A DNA stretch of 64,000 nt from the human T2T-CHM13v2.0 reference genome, Homo sapiens (GCF_009914755.1 NC_060933.1); one strand, 5' to 3'. Shown: positions 46,429 to 61,470, numbered from the stretch's first letter. A program made the numbers and translations. Notes: a model not told the origin generated them from the sequence alone.

Positions 46429-47368
46429 ATAAGAATTTATCTACTGAAGGATAGGAAAAGTTTAAAAGAGGGAATTATAGTGTAGGAGGGGAAAGACTAG
46501 ATTTCTAACTGGAAGATTCTTTTATTGGGGTTTAAGAGGAAAGCATCTCAGAAGCTGGGCTCTCCACATGAACACTCCCCCAGCTTCCCTTCCTGCTATG
46601 GCCTCTTCACCCCTAAGTACCTCCTTGTCTTATGAAGACCAATACAACTCTTGGAAAACCCTACTCAGATCAGGAATTCCCATGCCTGACATGACTCTGC
46701 TATACACTTACCCCATACATTTAGTCAAAATTGCACTTACTTTTGGTCTGGTGATGCCAGTTTCCCATGATTCAATTCTTTACAGATTTATTCTCATGTT
46801 TATTTTATTTATTTATTTTTATTTCCATGGGATTTGGGGAGGAAAGAGAGTAAAATGTGTGTGCTTGATTAGTGCACTCTTGAACCAATTTGCTATTCTT
46901 CAAAACATAAAAGAGATATAAGGATTAACATGAGAGATAAAGGGGTTTCAAAGAGTTAAAATTTTTATATTGGCATGTACAATTTATTAAATCATCACAC
47001 CAAGTGTTTCTGACCTGAGTTATGTTGTATATTTCATTCATTTTTCATACATTATAAAGTTTCTTGGAATTATCCCTCTGGACAAAAAAAATTGCTTGCT
47101 AGAACGTCTGCATAGTTACACTAATGAACTTGAAATGGTTTTCATAGATTTTAATGAAATAAATATTCCAATCAAATATTCCAGCATCTCTGAAATAATA
47201 CAGGAAAAAGTCGAGCTTTTGAAGGACGGCATCTTAATTTTATTTGTCTAGGTGTCTTATATAGACATCTACAGTATCTGACACACATTGCTTTCTCAAC
47301 ATATGTTATTTAATCAGTAAGCAAGAAAAGAGATGAAAATGTTTATTTTTTACTATCAATTCCAACAT

Positions 47369-47387
47369 TGACCACTAGAGGACACTG
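47369..47387 (+). promoter_or_regulatory. CTCF-like motif
   Basis: TGACCACTAGAGGACACTG. Confidence 0.45.
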
Positions 47388-47789
47388 GTTGCAATGGGAA
47401 AAACAGAATTACTAAACCATCTACAGCATTTATCTGTAGTATTAATTCTAAAATCAGATTTGATCACATTTTATGTGAAATATGATTTTTGATATTTCAC
47501 CCAAAAAAGGAAGCCTTGTTTCACTATTCTGAATTTTCTTCTAAAACGGAAATGCAGTTTGCAGCCTGAACGGGGCTATAAGAGTCAAAAAGTAATGGAA
47601 AAATTTTTTCTCAAGGAATATGAGGAAAAAAAAAATAGTGGAAAAGAAATAGAAACACATAACAATCAAGTGAATAAAAGGAAGAGAAAGAAGTGAACAA
47701 GAGGAGAAAATGAAAAGGGGGGGAGGATTTTTGTGAAATTGAAGGGAGCACCTTTCCATGTGGAATTTCCTCATTCATTCTGCCTCTAC

Positions 47790-48243
47790 CACTGCTTCTC
47801 AAACTTGAGTGTTGTAGTGGGTTGAATGGTGTCCCCCAAAAAAATATGTCCCCAGAACCTATGAATGTGAGGGTAAGGGTGTCTTTGCAGGTGTAATTAA
47901 GTTAAGAATCTTAAGATGAGATCATTCTGGATTACCAAGTGGACCCTACATCCAATGACAAGTGTCTTTGTAAGGGACAGAAGAAGGGAAGACACGGACA
48001 CACAGATGAGAGAGCCATGTGAAGACGGAGGCAGAGATTGGAGGGATGCAGCCACAGTGAATGCCAACAGACACCAGAAACTGGAAGAGGCAAGGAACCG
48101 GGGAGCCTTGGGAGGGAGTGAGGTCGCGCCACGCCAACACCTTGACTTTAGACTTCTGGTCGCCAGAGCTCAATCTGCATTTCTGACAAGTTCCCGGGTG
48201 ATGCTAGTGCTGCTGATTTGGGAACCACATTTTGAGAATCACT
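47790..48243. mobile_element. MER5A-like hAT element with a partial MLT1 LTR (47813-48166) inside
   Basis: TIR-like CACTGCTTCTCAAAC and TTTGAGAATCACT ends; MLT1 start TGTAGTGGGTTGAATGGTGTCCCCC. Confidence 0.75.
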
Positions 48244-48248
48244 ATTGT

Positions 48249-48793
48249 TGTTACCGGAGAGGGGGTTCTGATCCAGACCCCAAGAGAGGGTTCTTGGATT
48301 TTGCACAAGAAATAATTCAGGGTGAGTCCGTAAAGTGAAAGCAAGTTTATTAAGAAAGTAGAGAAAAAAAGAATGCTTACTCCATAGACACAGCAGCCCT
48401 GAAGGCTGGTGGTTGCCCACTTTTATGGTTATTTCTTGATGATATGCTAAACAAGGGGTGGATTATTCATGCCTCCCCTTTTTGGACCACACAGGGTAAC
48501 CTGTTGTTGCCATGGCATTTGTAAACTGTCATGGCGCTGGTGGGAGTGTAGCAGCGAGGACTACCAGAGGTCACTCTTGTCACCATCTTGGTTATGGTGG
48601 GTTTTATCCGGCTTCTTTACTGCAACCTGTTTTATTAGCAAGGTCTTTATGACCTGTATCTATGCCAACCACCTGTCTTATCCTGTAACTAAGAATGCCT
48701 TAACCTCCTGGGAATGCAGCCCAGTAGATCTCAGCCTCATTTTACCCAGCCCCTATTCAAAATGGAGTTGGACAGGTTCAAACGACTCTGACA
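48249..48793 (-). mobile_element. MER41A solo LTR
   Basis: 545 bp, TSD TTGT; minus strand TGTCAGAGTCGTTTGAACC...CCCTCTCCGGTAACA matches recalled MER41A. Confidence 0.88.
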
Positions 48794-49559
48794 TTGTGAA
48801 CCTATGGTTTTCAACACTTTATATTAGAATAACCTGGAATGCTTTTAAAACATCTAGACATTCTGATTTTTAATTGGTCTGTGGTGGTGTCTAGGGATCA
48901 GTATTTGAAAAAACTCCTCAGGTTGTTCCAATTTATATCTGGCAAAAACTACAACTTTAGACTTGACATGTACTTAAAAAGTTCTCCAAAGTAGCTTGCA
49001 ATACGAAAATGGGCATTTCTGTGAGACACCCAAAGAAATGGTATGAAATCATTCACAAAGAGTTATGATTACTAAAAATCATTAAGAATTTTAATGATTA
49101 TTAAGAATCTTTATTTTTGAGAGGTCAGGAATGAGAACATCCCATTTTTAGATGATTTCCTTTTAAAATTGTAATAGGATCTTGGTGTTATAGTTTATTC
49201 TGAGGATGCTGGTCAAAGGATGTGCTACCATTTGTGGTTAGCACATTATATGACAAATGATTTGGTATGATTCTCCTCTGCAATAGGTTCTGAGTAATAT
49301 CCCTAACATGATGTCATGTGGGATTCTATGGTGTTAGAAATGCACACCTTAGAGAGTGGGACTTAGAGCTTAAACATAAAAGACATAAAAGATGACACTG
49401 CCAATGAGGCAGAATCAGCACATAAAGGAGTCGAAGGCACAGGTTTTGCATGACAGGCTAGGACTGGAATGCTAGCACTGTCCATTTCTGAGTATGACCT
49501 GTGAAAACTTGCTGACAGTTTAAAAGCAATAGTTTCATGATGTGTAAAATGGATCGTCA

Positions 49560-51290
<1,731 letters not shown>

Positions 51291-52528
51291 GCTGAGCACT
51301 TACTCTTTCTTACTTGCTTCTGTACTGCTAGTTCTGGGAGTCTACAAACTACATTTCCCAGGATCCTTTGCCAAGAGGCTGCCTTTTAGGTTCTGTCAGT
51401 AAGTGGCATTTATGAGAGTTCAGAAGTGGGAGGAAAGGGTAAGCTTTCTGATTCTGGCTTCCATAACAGTGGAAATTGTTGAGTTGCCAGAAATTGCTGG
51501 TGATTGTTGTGAGGATTGTGGGTTATGGCAACTACCAATTCCAGGTGTCTGTTCCAGCAGCAGTAGCACCTCTTAGGCATTTCCATGTCTCCTATGTCTG
51601 GGGAGGCTTTCACTGCCCTAGGCTGCCTCCTCATAAAAAGAATGAAGGAAAATGAAATAGTTATTGATTTGCTGACATCCAAACACATCTTTTTTTTTTC
51701 ATGGAAACCAACACCAGAAATAGTAAATGGGAAATCAATTAACCTTACCAATTCTCTATTCTTCCTGAACAAGATGGATAAATTATATTAATGTGCTGTA
51801 TATATATATTTTTAACCTGAGCTATTGGAGAAATAAGAGAACCTGTTAGATTTGAAATAGATTTGTAACATTTACAGGAAATTTGCTTGTTTATAACACA
51901 GTACTCTGGCCAGGACGTATGCTTCATCAGGAAAATGTCATAACTGAATTGGAAATAGGAATTTGAAGCCATTTACTTCTCTGTAAATGAAAACACATTC
52001 AGTCTTACTCTTTTGGTGATACCAGATAATACCATTTTAAGGCCATAGGTTCTTGCTTTAATTATATTTGTCATCATGTTAATTAATTTCTGCTTCTGTG
52101 TATAGTTGCCCAGGTAACACATGTATGTGTCTGTGTATGTATGTGAACTAACACCTTAATTAGTGGAGAACACTGGCCATATGGATCACCAGAGTTTTTC
52201 CATATTAATTACCTTTACAAGTCAATGAAGGAACAAAGGTAAAGGCAAAAGAATTGGAACCAGGCCATTTTTTTTTCTAGCATAACACAGTTTTCCCTTA
52301 CTTGGTTAACAAGGAAAGTTGAAAAACTCTTAAAGAAACTCTAGCCTAAAGCATTGAGTCTTTCAGAAGGGATTTCCAAACTAAACTATGAAGACAAATT
52401 TGGACAAGAAGTAAATTTTTTTCTTGGTTATATTCCTCTGAAAAGCATATTATTTAATAAACCGTTGGTCAATTACTCTGGAGTGAGAATTGCATTCTTC
52501 TGAATCAAACGATCAACATAAACTTCTA

Positions 52529-52573
52529 TTAGGTTGGTACAAAAGTAATTGCAGTTTTGCCTTTACTTTTAAT
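52529..52573 (+). mobile_element. Half MADE1 (Hsmar1 MITE)
   Basis: TA + TTAGGTTGGTACAAAAGTAATTGCAGTTTTGCC...TACTTTTAAT; second arm absent. Confidence 0.85.
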
Positions 52574-53102
52574 ATGTGTGTGTTCATGGGAATCTTTGCT
52601 TGTTTGTTTCTGTGGTTGTGTCAATCTATGTACAGCAAATTTAGTGTGATCCCTGTCTCCTCAATTTGGCGTAGAGAGAAAAATACTAACTTGGGAATCA
52701 GAAGAATTGGGATCTAGCTTTGGATAAAAGGGCTAATACTTTAATATGAAAAGCCTCTTAGGAGACTTCACCACAAGAAGGATCATGCATAGTATTGTTT
52801 ACAACAATGAAATCTGGAAAAAAATCACTAAATTTCTAATAATTGTGAATTGTTTAAATACATTTTGGTACATTTATGTAATGGAATTTATGCAGCCATT
52901 TAAAATATTGCTGTAGAATCATATTTACTGGCATAAAATGATGTTTCCATAGATAGATTTACTTCATATAATGACTGTTCATTCAACAATTTTTGGCCAT
53001 ATTGGCTATTTCACAGTTATACAACTTTTCAGACAATGTTTAAAAAAATTTAACTATTTTTCACCCAAGCAATACTAAGTAAATATGCGATATGAAACAT
53101 TA

Positions 53103-53217
53103 TATCCTAAAACATAGTTTTAGGATAACCATGTTAACCAAACCAGATTGTTTAAACATTATGCTTTTAGGATAACCATGTTAACCAAATGATTTTAGGA
53201 TAACCATGTTAACCAAA
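53103..53217. repeat. Three 25-bp direct repeats plus an 11-bp hairpin
   Basis: TTTTAGGATAACCATGTTAACCAAA at 53118, 53165 and 53193. Confidence 0.95.
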
Positions 53218-53392
53218 CCAATTTTCTCAACACAGTAGTTTCTAGTCAAATAATATAATGTGAAACAAGTAGAATTGGGCACCACATTAGGTGATTCTAA
53301 ATACTTTGCTTTGTGTAGGTTCACCAATCCAGTGGGGTAAAGACATAGTGTCTCTGTGTGCTCTTTCCATACTTTGCTAAGAATTATAAAAC

Positions 53393-53755
53393 TGATATGG
53401 TTTGGCTGTGTCCTCACCCAAATCTCATCTTGAATTTTAGTTCCCATAATCCCCACATGTCGTGGAAGAGACCCAGTGGGAAGTGATTAAATCATGGGGG
53501 CGGTTTCCCCATGCTGTTCTTGTGATAGTGAGTAAGTTCTCATGACATCTGATGGTTTTATAAGCGTCTGGCATTTCCCCTGCTTGCACTCATTCTCCCT
53601 CCTGCTGCCCTGTGAAGAGGTGCCTTCCACCATGATTGTAAGTTTCCTGAGGCCTCCCCAGCCCTGCTGAACTGTGAGTCAATTAAACCTCTTTCCTTTA
53701 TAAATTACCCAGTCTTGAGCAGTTCTTTATAGCAGTATGAAAACAGACTAATACA
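53393..53755 (+). mobile_element. THE1 solo LTR (THE1D-like)
   Basis: TGATATGGTTTGGCTGTGTCC...ACAGACTAATACA. Confidence 0.9.
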
Positions 53756-55495
53756 AAGATTTAGCCTTTATTTTACCCTATAGATAGCTTTCAGTGATCT
53801 AACTTTATTTCTAAGTCCAATTATTTCTAATTTGAGTGCCAAATATAATCATGAATCCCTGAAAATGTGAAAAATTGGTAAAGAAAATGGTGTATAGAAA
53901 ATTCATCTTCCAAAAGAATGACTTTCTCACAACTGTCCCCAACCAACATCCACTACGAAGACTATTTGTCCTCATTTTGTGAGTACAATAGATCTTTATT
54001 ATATTTTAGTCAATATACAAACCATATTCAGATACTTTGGGATACTGTTGTCTGCTGTTTGTATAAACTTGTTTTTATTGCTTAGTTAGCAATGTGAAAA
54101 TTGTTTGGGTAAGGTAGGTTAAGATAAAAAAGTGTCATAAATTTTTTCGTTAAAAATTAAAGAAAAAATTTAAATTTACTTTTTTTATATTTAGAAAGGC
54201 TTTTCAGAATTGAGTAATGCTGTCAAGCATGAGAGAAGTGAATTATTAAATTCAATAAAGCAGATTGCAACCTACAGGTAGCAAAAGATAGACATAGTAG
54301 AAATATATAGATGGATATATAGATAATAAATTGAAAAGATATATACCAAAATTGTTCCCAGTGATTGTGTTGTTAGATGATGGGGGTAATCTAATTTTTA
54401 AATTAAATCTGATGACTTTCCTCCCTCCCTCCCTTCCTTCCTTCCTCTTTCTTTCCTTCCTCCTCCTTTCTATCTCTCTCTTTTATTTGCTTAAGTGGCA
54501 AGATAATATTTTGAGATATAAACTAAAATTCCCTCACTATAGGTTTTGTATCTCTTCGTCAGTCTGATATAGTATGAAATTTATCTTTATACCGTAGAGA
54601 TGGGCTGACACAGAGCAGATTGCAGGTAAAAGAAAAGTAATTTTTAACTTTTGTATTTTTGAAGTTAAGACCAGGCAAACACAAAGTTTGGAAAACCACA
54701 TGAACAGTTAGAGCCAGTTCTCCCACATAAATACTGGATAATGTCTGCCTGGACTTGGGAGGAGCAGAAGAGAATCAGAGGGAAGGTAAGGTTATGGGTC
54801 TTCGATGGGCCAAGTTCTGGGATTTGGAGGGAGGAGGAGAGTGATAGAATCCTCTAGTACATTTCGGGATTTGAGAGCAGGGAAGAACTCCTTGCAGAGG
54901 AATTAAAACTCACAAGTAAACAGAAACGTCTCAAAATAATGTTAGGAGGATTTTGCCAAGTGTTGATTTAGGGCTTTTTGCATTTGGATGATTACAGAGG
55001 CAGAGAAAAAGTGGGAGGTAGAGGGAGAGGGTGAGAATTAGCACTTCCAAGACTCTTACTACAGTCCAGATATTTCTATCTCAACAATAGTTCAGTAAGG
55101 CTTTGGGTCAATATGGATCATTTGGTTATAATTATGTACGGAGTATTATTTTCTCCAAATCACCATAATGACAACCAATATTACATACACAGAGATAACT
55201 TTCCTGGAATTTGCCTGATGTCAAAATGTATTTATAGTTGCTCTCAAGCCACTTTACAAATAAACAAAAGAAACCATTTTGAAAGCTTAAAAGTTCACAA
55301 AGCTTCATTTCCATTAAAATCTAATCTGAACAAAATATACCAATCTAGTTCCACATAATGTTGAAATGTGACTTCATTTCTAACCTGCCATATAGTCTAA
55401 TTTAAGAAATAGCATTACACAAATAAAGTATCTCTTTATGGCTTCTAGTAATGAATTCCATCTTCCTGTTTACATCTATCAAAAAGTTATAGCTC

Positions 55496-55856
<361 letters not shown>

Positions 55857-56537
55857 TTACTTCCACTTCTCTCAGAGTTTATTCTGCTAATTCTGCCCTT
55901 TACTCTGCACCTGACTCTGCCCTTGCCACTCCACTGAAGGTCCTCTTTTCCAGGTTGCCAGCATCCCCTGCACTGCTGAACCAATGCATCCCTTCTCTGC
56001 CTTGACCTAACTTAGTCTCCCATAAACAGCCAACAGTATTGTTCATGCTCTCCCTCTTGATATTTCCACACCCCCATTTATGTTTGTCCACCATCATTTT
56101 TGGATTTTTCCCCTTCCACTTTTAAACTTCCCCAAAAGCTCTTCTTTTTCCTCTCCATTCCTTAAACATTGGTGATTTTTTGATGTATGTCCTCAGTCTT
56201 TTTTTTTTTCTTTTTATTCATCCTCATTCTCTTCCTGAGAAATATCTTGTTGTTTCAAGGCTTTAATTATCAGCTATATGCTTATTGTTAAATCTACATC
56301 TCTGATCTAGCTGCTTCTTCTGAGCCCCAGACTTATGTATCCAACTGCTTACTGGGCATCTCTGCCTGGATGTCCCATAGTCCCTCAAACCCTATATGCC
56401 CAGATTGGAACTCATCCTCCCCACAAGCCTGTTTCTCCTGTGCACACCTATCAGTGCCTGGTATTCCAGGTCGCATCTTAACCAAGCTAGAACCCTGGAG
56501 GTCCCATTTGACTCCTCTCTCTCTGTGAACCCCCATC

Positions 56538-56938
56538 CGTATTAGTCTATTTGGCTGCTATGACAAAATATCATGGGCTAGGTGACTTAAACAACAGAAA
56601 TTTATTTTCTCATAGTTCTGGAAGCTGGAAAGTCTAAGATGAATGTGCTGGTAAATTTAGTTTTTGCTGAGGGCTTTTTTCCTGGTTTACAGATGGCCAC
56701 CTTTTTAATGTGTCCTTACATGGCGGGCAGAGAGAAAGAGAGAGAGCAAGTTCTCTGGTTTCTCTTCTTATAAGGAAGGACACATCCTATTGGATCAGGG
56801 CCCCATACCTATGGCCTCATTTAACCTTAATTGCTTCTTTAGAGGCCCTAGCTCCAAATATAGCCACATAAAAGTTAGGGTTTCAAAATATAAATTTTGT
56901 CGGGAGTTGAGAGGGACACAAAGTTTCAGTTCTTAAAA
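56538..56938 (-). mobile_element. MLT1A-like solo LTR
   Basis: TSD CCATC. Confidence 0.82.
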
Positions 56939-57294
56939 CCATCCATCAGTCACCAAGGTCTTTAATTCTTTGTAATAAATAGTGTGTGAAATGCCCACTT
57001 CTCTCAACCCCGTGGTCATTAGTTAAGTTCTGACACCATCATCTTTCTTTCACCTGATTTACCACAGCAAGAATCCTTACTGTTTCCCTGCTTCCAGTCT
57101 AGCCCTCTCCCATCTAGTCCCTACACTGCAGCTAGGGTACCCTGTCTCAAATGCAAATCTGATCACATTACCCTTCTCTTAAATCTTTTCAACGACTCTC
57201 ACAATAAAGCCCAGTCCTGTTCATGTGGCTTATGAAGACCTCTGTGACCTGGGCTTTGCTTGTCACCCCAGTCTTACCTGTGACAGCTCCCCAC

Positions 57295-57736
57295 TGTCTT
57301 AGTCTGTTTTGTGTTGCTGTAAATGAATACCTGAAGCTGGGCTGTTGATAAAGAAAAAAGGATCATTTGGCTTATGGTTCCAATGACTGGAAAGTTCAAG
57401 ATTGGGCGTCTGCAATGGGTGAGGGCCACAGGCTGCTTCCACTTATGGTGTAAGGGGAAGGGGAGTCGGTGTGTGCGGATATCACATGCTGAGAGAGGGG
57501 ACAAGCAAGAGAAGTGGGAGGCGCCAGCTCTTTTTAACAACCAATGTTTGAGGGAATTAATAGAATGAGAACTCACTCACCCTCACCCCCCATGGGGGGC
57601 ATTAATGTATTCATGCAGGATCCATCTCCATGACCCAAACATCTTCCATTAGGCCCCACCTCCCAGTATGGCCACACTGGGGATTAAATTTCAACATAAG
57701 GCTTAGAGGGGACAAACAAACATCCAAACTATAGCA
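57295..57736 (-). mobile_element. MST-type solo LTR
   Basis: TG...CA, TSD CCCAC. Confidence 0.85.
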
Positions 57737-58479
57737 CCCACCTTGTGCTCAGTGCTCCAGGCTTAAGAAGCATCCACTTTCCCCAAGGAACTATATTTTT
57801 TCTCTTGCACGTCTTTAAGAACTTACTGTTTTTTTCCTGCAATTGTGTTCTGCTCCTTCTCCCTCCCTCCTTTCCTTTCTTTTTCCCTGTCTCCTCCCCA
57901 GCATCTGAAGAGCCTGGCTAATGTTTCCTCATCTCTCAGGTCCCAGCGTTGTCAACACCACTTTCTCCCAGAAGCTTTTCCTACCCTCTAAGGCTGAGCG
58001 GGTGTCCTTCCTCCAGAGGCTCCTTTGCTTACTCATTTCTTCTTACTGTGTCCCAGAGTCTAGCACAGAGCTTGGCACAAAGCCAGCTTTCACTAATTAG
58101 AAATGGATGAATACATCTCACCCACCGTTTAGGCCAGTTAATCAGGCAATAAACCCGTTCTATTCTGGTAACAGTGTCCTCCACCTCTGAAGGAAAAAGT
58201 AAACCACATCTACATTATGTCAGTGTGCTATTTTAGGGGAGTCAGCAGGTGATGTCATAGGACAGAGCTCTGCAGGGTGGGTGGGAATGGTCTTGGATGC
58301 AGGGAGATCAGCTCAGCCACTGTGTAGGAGGGACGTCTTCATGTCTTCTCATTTGCTGCCAGGCCGTCATGACAGCTTTCTGTCTCTATGTGAATGAATG
58401 ACTGCAAACCTGAGAGGTATTTAAAACATCCAACAACTGCTATGGCTGCATAGATAAATAAGTGAATAAGAAAATGACA

Positions 58480-58589
58480 GTGCTCGCTTTGGTGGCACAC
58501 ATACCAAAACTGGAATGATACAGAGAACATTAGCACAGTCCCTGTACAAGGATGACACACAAGTTTGTGAAGTGTTAAAAAAAAAAAAA
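58480..58589 (+). pseudogene. U6 snRNA retropseudogene
   Basis: GTGCTCGCTT...GATACAGAGAA...AAGGATGACAC...GTGAAGTGTT followed by A13; TSD AAGAAAAT. Confidence 0.95.
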
Positions 58590-59009
58590 GAAAATCAGAA
58601 ATGGGTTTCTTATTCTCTAACTAAACTAAACTGTATGTCACAAAACAAGTGATATAACTAATTCTGGTGCATATCACTCACCAAATTATTCTAATAATTT
58701 CCAACTTGTTTATTGATTTTAGAAAAAACTGTTTTTGTGGATTTCACTGACTAAATAGTGCTCCTTTCTGAGCCGTGATTGAACACAAGAACTACATCAA
58801 GGTCTTCCAAGGATTTTACTATTAGGAACGGTGTGCATGTAGATGCTAGCACCTCCTCCACAGCGGGACTTGGAGAGCCTGTGTCCCAGCCTCACCAATA
58901 ATGCCAGTGCTAAGTTGCTGCCCACCATTTACTCTGTTATTCCAACCCAGACCCACGTAGCGCAGTGGGGCCTCCGCTGCCGCCTCTGCCACCATGTTGG
59001 TTAGCTGAG

Positions 59010-59028
59010 TGGCCACCAGGGGCCACCC
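59010..59028 (+). promoter_or_regulatory. CTCF-like motif
   Basis: TGGCCACCAGGGGCCACCC. Confidence 0.5.
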
Positions 59029-59410
59029 TCCCTAGGCCACCAATGCTTCCAGACCCTTTCACTGCCTTTCTGGCCTCAGCAGGTGACAAAGCCTGGAAGT
59101 GGAAATGGCTCGGATGAGGTATCCTTATTAGCCAGGGGAACTACCAGCAGCCCGAGGCAATGGATTTTGGTGGGGGAGGAGGGTTTGAGCTTCACAGCAT
59201 TTCCCTGCTCAGAAATGTTCTTTCTTTCTAGTAGGAAATACTTATGTAAGGGTCCCTTGGCCTGGCATGGGGGTGCCTTGGTGCTATGTTCCAGTCTGCA
59301 TTCCTGCCCCATGTCCCTTTACTTTCTATGTGTGCCTTGTGTTGCAGACAAACTGCAACATTCCCGTACACACACACACACACACGCTCCTGCCTCTTTC
59401 CTTGTGTTTG

Positions 59411-60119
59411 TGTAACCACTCAGTGTGTTCTTCTTGCCCACTGCTAAGATAGAGCCAATTTATCAAGACAGGGGGATTGCAATAAAGAAAGGGTTTAATA
59501 CGTGCAGAACCCGCTAAACGGCAGATTGGTGTTTGATTATTACTAAAATCAGCCTCCCTGAAAATTTGGAGGCTAGGATTTTTCAACCATAGTTTGGTGG
59601 GCAGGGGCTAGGGTATGGGTGCTGCTGATTGGTTGGGAATGCAATCATAGGGGTGTGGAAAACCGTCCTCCAGCACTGAGTCTGCTTCTGGGTGGGGGCC
59701 ACAGAGGAGTCGCTGGTCCCCGTATGACCATCCCATCATCAGAAATGCAAACGTCTGAAAAGACATCTCAAAAGGCCAATCTCAGATTCTACAATAGTGA
59801 TGCTATTTACAGGAGTACTTGGGGAAGTTGCAAATCTTATGTCTTCCAGAATAATGGCTGGTAGTCATTTAACTATGAATTGAGGCCCCTCTCATCCTCC
59901 TAACCTGGTGACCTTTAGTTAGTTTTATAGAGGTGGTAGTTTTGGGGACGGGCTATTATCAATTAAGCTATAAACTAAATTTCTCCCTAAATTATCTTGG
60001 CCCACACTCAGGCATGACGATGGGTAGTTAGGACATTAAAGGCAAGATAGAGTTGGTTAGACCAGATCTCTCTCACTGTCGTCATTCCCGCTGTTACGAT
60101 TTTTGTAAAGGTGGTTTTC
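59411..60119 (-). mobile_element. LTR8-family solo LTR
   Basis: Minus strand starts AAAACCACCTTTACAAAAATCGTAAC, ends GAGTGGTTACA. Confidence 0.8.
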
Positions 60120-60639
60120 CTTGGACTGTTGCCTCTTTCTCAGTTGTTCTCCCTCCTCCTATCCTCAATTCTACCTGTTAATATTTATTCTCTCCTTCAG
60201 AGCTTGGCTGACATGCTGCCACCTCCTATGAAGGGATTCTTGATCCCTCCAACCAGATTATAATCTTTCTCTCACATTTATTCCTTCTCTTATGACATTG
60301 ACCCTACTAGACCTTATATTTTTACATTAGTATTTGCATAGTTAATTTTTAAAATATTCCATATTTTCCTAAACTGATGATCCCAGAGAGATATTTGCTC
60401 TGCTTTTCCTTTTCATTCCCTGAAGATCTTAGTCTAGAGCCTTTCACATAACAGGCATATAATCCTTTTTGGGTAGGATTTGGAATTCCTACTTTTTTCT
60501 TTTTTTAGTTATTGTCTCTTATAGTCTTGTTTGATGGAATTATTTTTGTGTGATATGTAAAAGTGTTATGAAGGGAAAGCTCTAGAACCAATGTTTCTAC
60601 ATTTCTTTCTACAGAAAGAAATGCTTCTGGTTTCTGCAT

Positions 60640-60800
60640 TTCTCTAAGCGTTAGATTCTTCCTCTGCTGAAATGTGGGTATTAATGGTCCATGCCATGCA
60701 AGACTGTTGTGTGGATTAAATGAGACCATATGTTACTCAGCACAAAGTCCGCCATGCAGTAAGTGATCAGGAAATAGCAGTTGTTTTTGCTGTTATTATT
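60640..60800 (+). mobile_element. MIR
   Basis: GTTGTGTGGATTAAATGAGA core. Confidence 0.65.
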
Positions 60801-61123
60801 ACTTTGCTCTAATAGAAGGAAGATTTTCCTTCTTTCACTGGTATTTGGTAATTCTTTCATTCAACTTATATTTATTCTCTAACTACTGGTACTGAAAATC
60901 CTATGCTTAGAAAAAATTCCAGACAAGTCTCCTGTTTTCATGGAGGTCAGTCTAGAGTGGAGTCAGATATTTATTCAGCAATTATGCAAGGAGAGATACA
61001 TGGTTCTGCAGGACCCTAGTTTAGGGAGCCTAGACCTAGTGAGAGAGGTCAAGGAAGATGTTCCTGAAGTGTTCAAATGTGGCTGTCAACTTCCTGGAGA
61101 AAGTAGTTTAGGGCTAGTTTGAC

Positions 61124-61381
61124 CAGTGCTGGGATTAGGGTAAGGCAAGTGAGGCACTTGCTATAGGGACAAAATTTAAGGGAGCCTCAAAAGATTCAGT
61201 GATCAAGATAAACAATATTTTAATGCGATATTAAAAATAAAATTTAACGCAAAAAAGTTCCCAATGAACAAAACATCACAATTTTGGATAAAGACAGGAT
61301 CAGTAACAATGTTGTATTGAATCATATTGGAGCCTTAGGCAAAAGGAGAAAATCAAATACTGATCCTTAGTTTTAGCCCTG
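61124..61381 (+). mobile_element. hAT MITE (MER96-like)
   Basis: TIRs CAGTGCTGGGATTAG and TAGTTTTAGCCCTG; 8-bp TSD AGTTTGAC/GATTTGAC. Confidence 0.7.
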
Positions 61382-61470
61382 GATTTGACTAGGTAAGAAT
61401 AACTTTAAAAGTCCTTTTATATCCAGAGAATCTGGAAAACTAAGTACACTTACATGGAAACTTCTAATTT

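Larger units (their letters stand above)
55900..58115 (+). mobile_element. L2 fragments with MaLR insertions
   Basis: TATCCAACTGCTTACTGGGCATCTC, AAATCTGATCAC, CTAGCACAGAGCTTGGCACA. Confidence 0.7.

Noticed and set aside
48249-48793. MER41 interferon-gamma (STAT1/GAS) enhancer
   Set aside because: Sequence matches MER41A, and I see no tandem TTCnnnGAA motifs of the MER41B type
52529-52573. miR-548-type hairpin
   Set aside because: Only one MADE1 arm is present, so no stem-loop can form
53118-53217. CRISPR-like repeat-spacer array (also 5472-5718)
   Set aside because: Only three repeats, spacers irregular or simple repeats, no cas genes, eukaryotic context
58480-58589. Functional U6 gene (likewise a functional Y3 gene at 41932-42028)
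   Set aside because: Many substitutions, poly(A) tail and TSD; no recognisable upstream PSE/TATA promoter
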